A stretch of DNA of 64,000 bases. Source: an uncultured delta proteobacterium. GTDB lineage: Bacteria; Desulfobacterota; Binatia; JACPRU01. The translations under genes were made by a program, and so were the position numbers. The stretch spans positions 416,001-480,000 of the forward strand of contig CAVUWD010000016.1 in the NCBI GenBank assembly GCA_963745025.1, in the 5' to 3' direction. The notes beneath the pieces are model-generated. The model did not search any database, was not told where the DNA came from, and worked only from the letters and a program-made list of their open reading frames with translations. Position 1 is the first letter of the stretch, and each line of letters starts with the position of its first letter. Of the stretch, positions 62,570 to 64,000 are shown piece after piece.

Positions 62570-64000
62570 ACGACGACAAGCGGTTCGCCAAAACCGACCA
62601 CTTCCCTGACGCGCCGGCAAATTTCGCCATGGGTTACGCTTGCATCCAGCGCATTCACCACCGCCTCGTAGGTGTTTTCGGTCTCGCTTTCGAAGGCGCG
62701 CGCAATGTCGTCCAGGGCTTGATCGACCCGATGCTGATCGCGGTTGGCCCGAAAACGGCCGAGCCTGGCCAGACACGCATCGATCTTCGCCGGATCCGGT
62801 CGCTCTGGCGGCGGCGCTTGCTCATGCCCACCATTCAGTGCGTACTTGTTTACGCCGACGATCGTCTGTTCCTTGCTTTCCACTTTCTGCTGGAAGTCAA
62901 AGGCGGATTTGCCGATCATCTTCTGCACGAACCCCGTCTGGACAGCGGCGTACATGCCTCCCTGGTCGTCAATCGCCCGGATGATGGAGAGCATTTCCTC
63001 CTCCATCCGGCTGGTCAGCGCCTCGATATAGTAAGAGCCGCCTAGCGGGTCGATCACGTCGTCGAGATTCGCCTCTTCGCGCAGAATATTTTGGGTCGCT
63101 ACCGCGATACGAACAGATGCCTCGGTGGGACTACAGATGGCCTCGTCGAAACTGTCCGTGTGAAGAGATTGGAGGCCGCCAAAGATTCCCGCCATGGCCT
63201 GGATGGTGACCCGTGCGATGTTATTCAGCGGTTGCTGTCGGGTCAGGTCGGCACCCGAGGTCTGAGCGTGAAAGCGGAACCGTTGCGACCGCGGATCCCG
63301 GGCTTTGAGTCGCTCCCGCGTGATGCGATTCCAGATGCGCCGCCCTGCGCGGAATTTCGCGATCTCCTCGAAGAAGCTGATGGAGATGTCAAAAAAGAAG
63401 CTGAAGCGCGGTAAAAAGGAATCCGACGCATTGCCGCGCGCGATCAAATCCTCCGCATACTGAATCGCCGAGGAGATGGCGAAGGCCATCGCTTCCACCG
63501 GCGTCGCCCCGGCTTGCTGCGTATGCTGGCCGATCACGGATAGAGGATTCCACTTGGGAACGTTTCGGTTCATCCACTCGATATGATCCAGGAGCACCCG
63601 TTTCTGGCCGGGAAGCGCGATGCGATAAAACATGTGCAGGGCGGCGTAGTGAGAGAGGTAGTCCGACTGGTTGGTAGTGCCGCCCAGGGAACGCCAGGGA
63701 ATTGATCGATCCTTGGCCGCCTTGAGGTACAGGGCCGACAGCGTGTAGGGCGCAGTGTCGCCAAGACTAACCGACTCCTTCTCGAGGGGAAGTCCTTCGA
63801 GACAGATCGACATATCCTCGGACGTGGAAATCACCGTGCCGCACGTACCGAGCAACTCGCGCTCCACCTCGTCCGCGTCATAACCCCGCATGTGGCTGTT
63901 GCAAGGTGACACGTACAGCCCTGTCAGGCCCAGAGCATAGAGTTCGCGCATTCGTTTGTTGTAGTCCTCGGGGACGCCTAGGCCGACCACCATGCGGGGA
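62566..64000 (-). CDS. AdoCbl-dependent acyl-CoA mutase large subunit, divergent; start beyond window
   Basis: FFEEIAKFRAGRRIW, RFHAQTSG, GGLQSLHTDSFDEA, DPLGGSYYIE, IVGVNKY; no fused B12 domain. Confidence 0.92.
   Translation of the reverse strand, partial: PRMVVGLGVPEDYNKRMRELYALGLTGLYVSPCNSHMRGYDADEVERELLGTCGTVISTSEDMSICLEGLPLEKESVSLGDTAPYTLSALYLKAAKDRSIPWRSLGGTTNQSDYLSHYAALHMFYRIALPGQKRVLLDHIEWMNRNVPKWNPLSVIGQHTQQAGATPVEAMAFAISSAIQYAEDLIARGNASDSFLPRFSFFFDISISFFEEIAKFRAGRRIWNRITRERLKARDPRSQRFRFHAQTSGADLTRQQPLNNIARVTIQAMAGIFGGLQSLHTDSFDEAICSPTEASVRIAVATQNILREEANLDDVIDPLGGSYYIEALTSRMEEEMLSIIRAIDDQGGMYAAVQTGFVQKMIGKSAFDFQQKVESKEQTIVGVNKYALNGGHEQAPPPERPDPAKIDACLARLGRFRANRDQHRVDQALDDIARAFESETENTYEAVVNALDASVTHGEICRRVREVVGFGEPLVVV

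Noticed and set aside
34292-64000. Prophage or intact ICE
   Set aside because: No structural, replication, relaxase or conjugation genes and no intact integrase.

Overview
GC-rich bacterial chromosomal window; gene content suggests a Deltaproteobacteria/Binatota-like organism, which is inference only. Bases 1-20.3 kb hold anaerobic energy genes: a tetraheme cytochrome c, a padR plus class I benzoyl-CoA reductase-type operon behind a sigma54-like promoter, an aldehyde:ferredoxin oxidoreductase fused to a MoaD-like domain, a clade II nos cluster (cyt c-nosZDFLY-nosB) behind a consensus sigma54 promoter, and phaEC. Bases 20.5-34.3 kb are core genome: two tRNA-Ser, SRP RNA, dnaX-ybaB-recR, an ABC-F ATPase, the imuA-imuB-dnaE2 mutasome, an AsmA/YhdP-like gene and tRNA-Asn. 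After tRNA-Asn comes a mosaic accessory region with an integrase remnant, nested direct repeats, truncated gene fragments, a MITE, two tandem cyclase-STAND ATPase-TPR genes, VOC genes, a sulfatase, a carbonic anhydrase, an LLM oxidoreductase and a divergent B12-dependent acyl-CoA mutase with MeaB. The most unusual signal is a family of six ~70-78 bp hairpins built from 7-bp units; two copies lie in frame inside dnaE2 and encode near-identical peptides. Four +1 frameshifts (bcrB, yhdP-like, fbaA twice) may be sequencing errors. All calls are by eye from motifs; no database searches were run.
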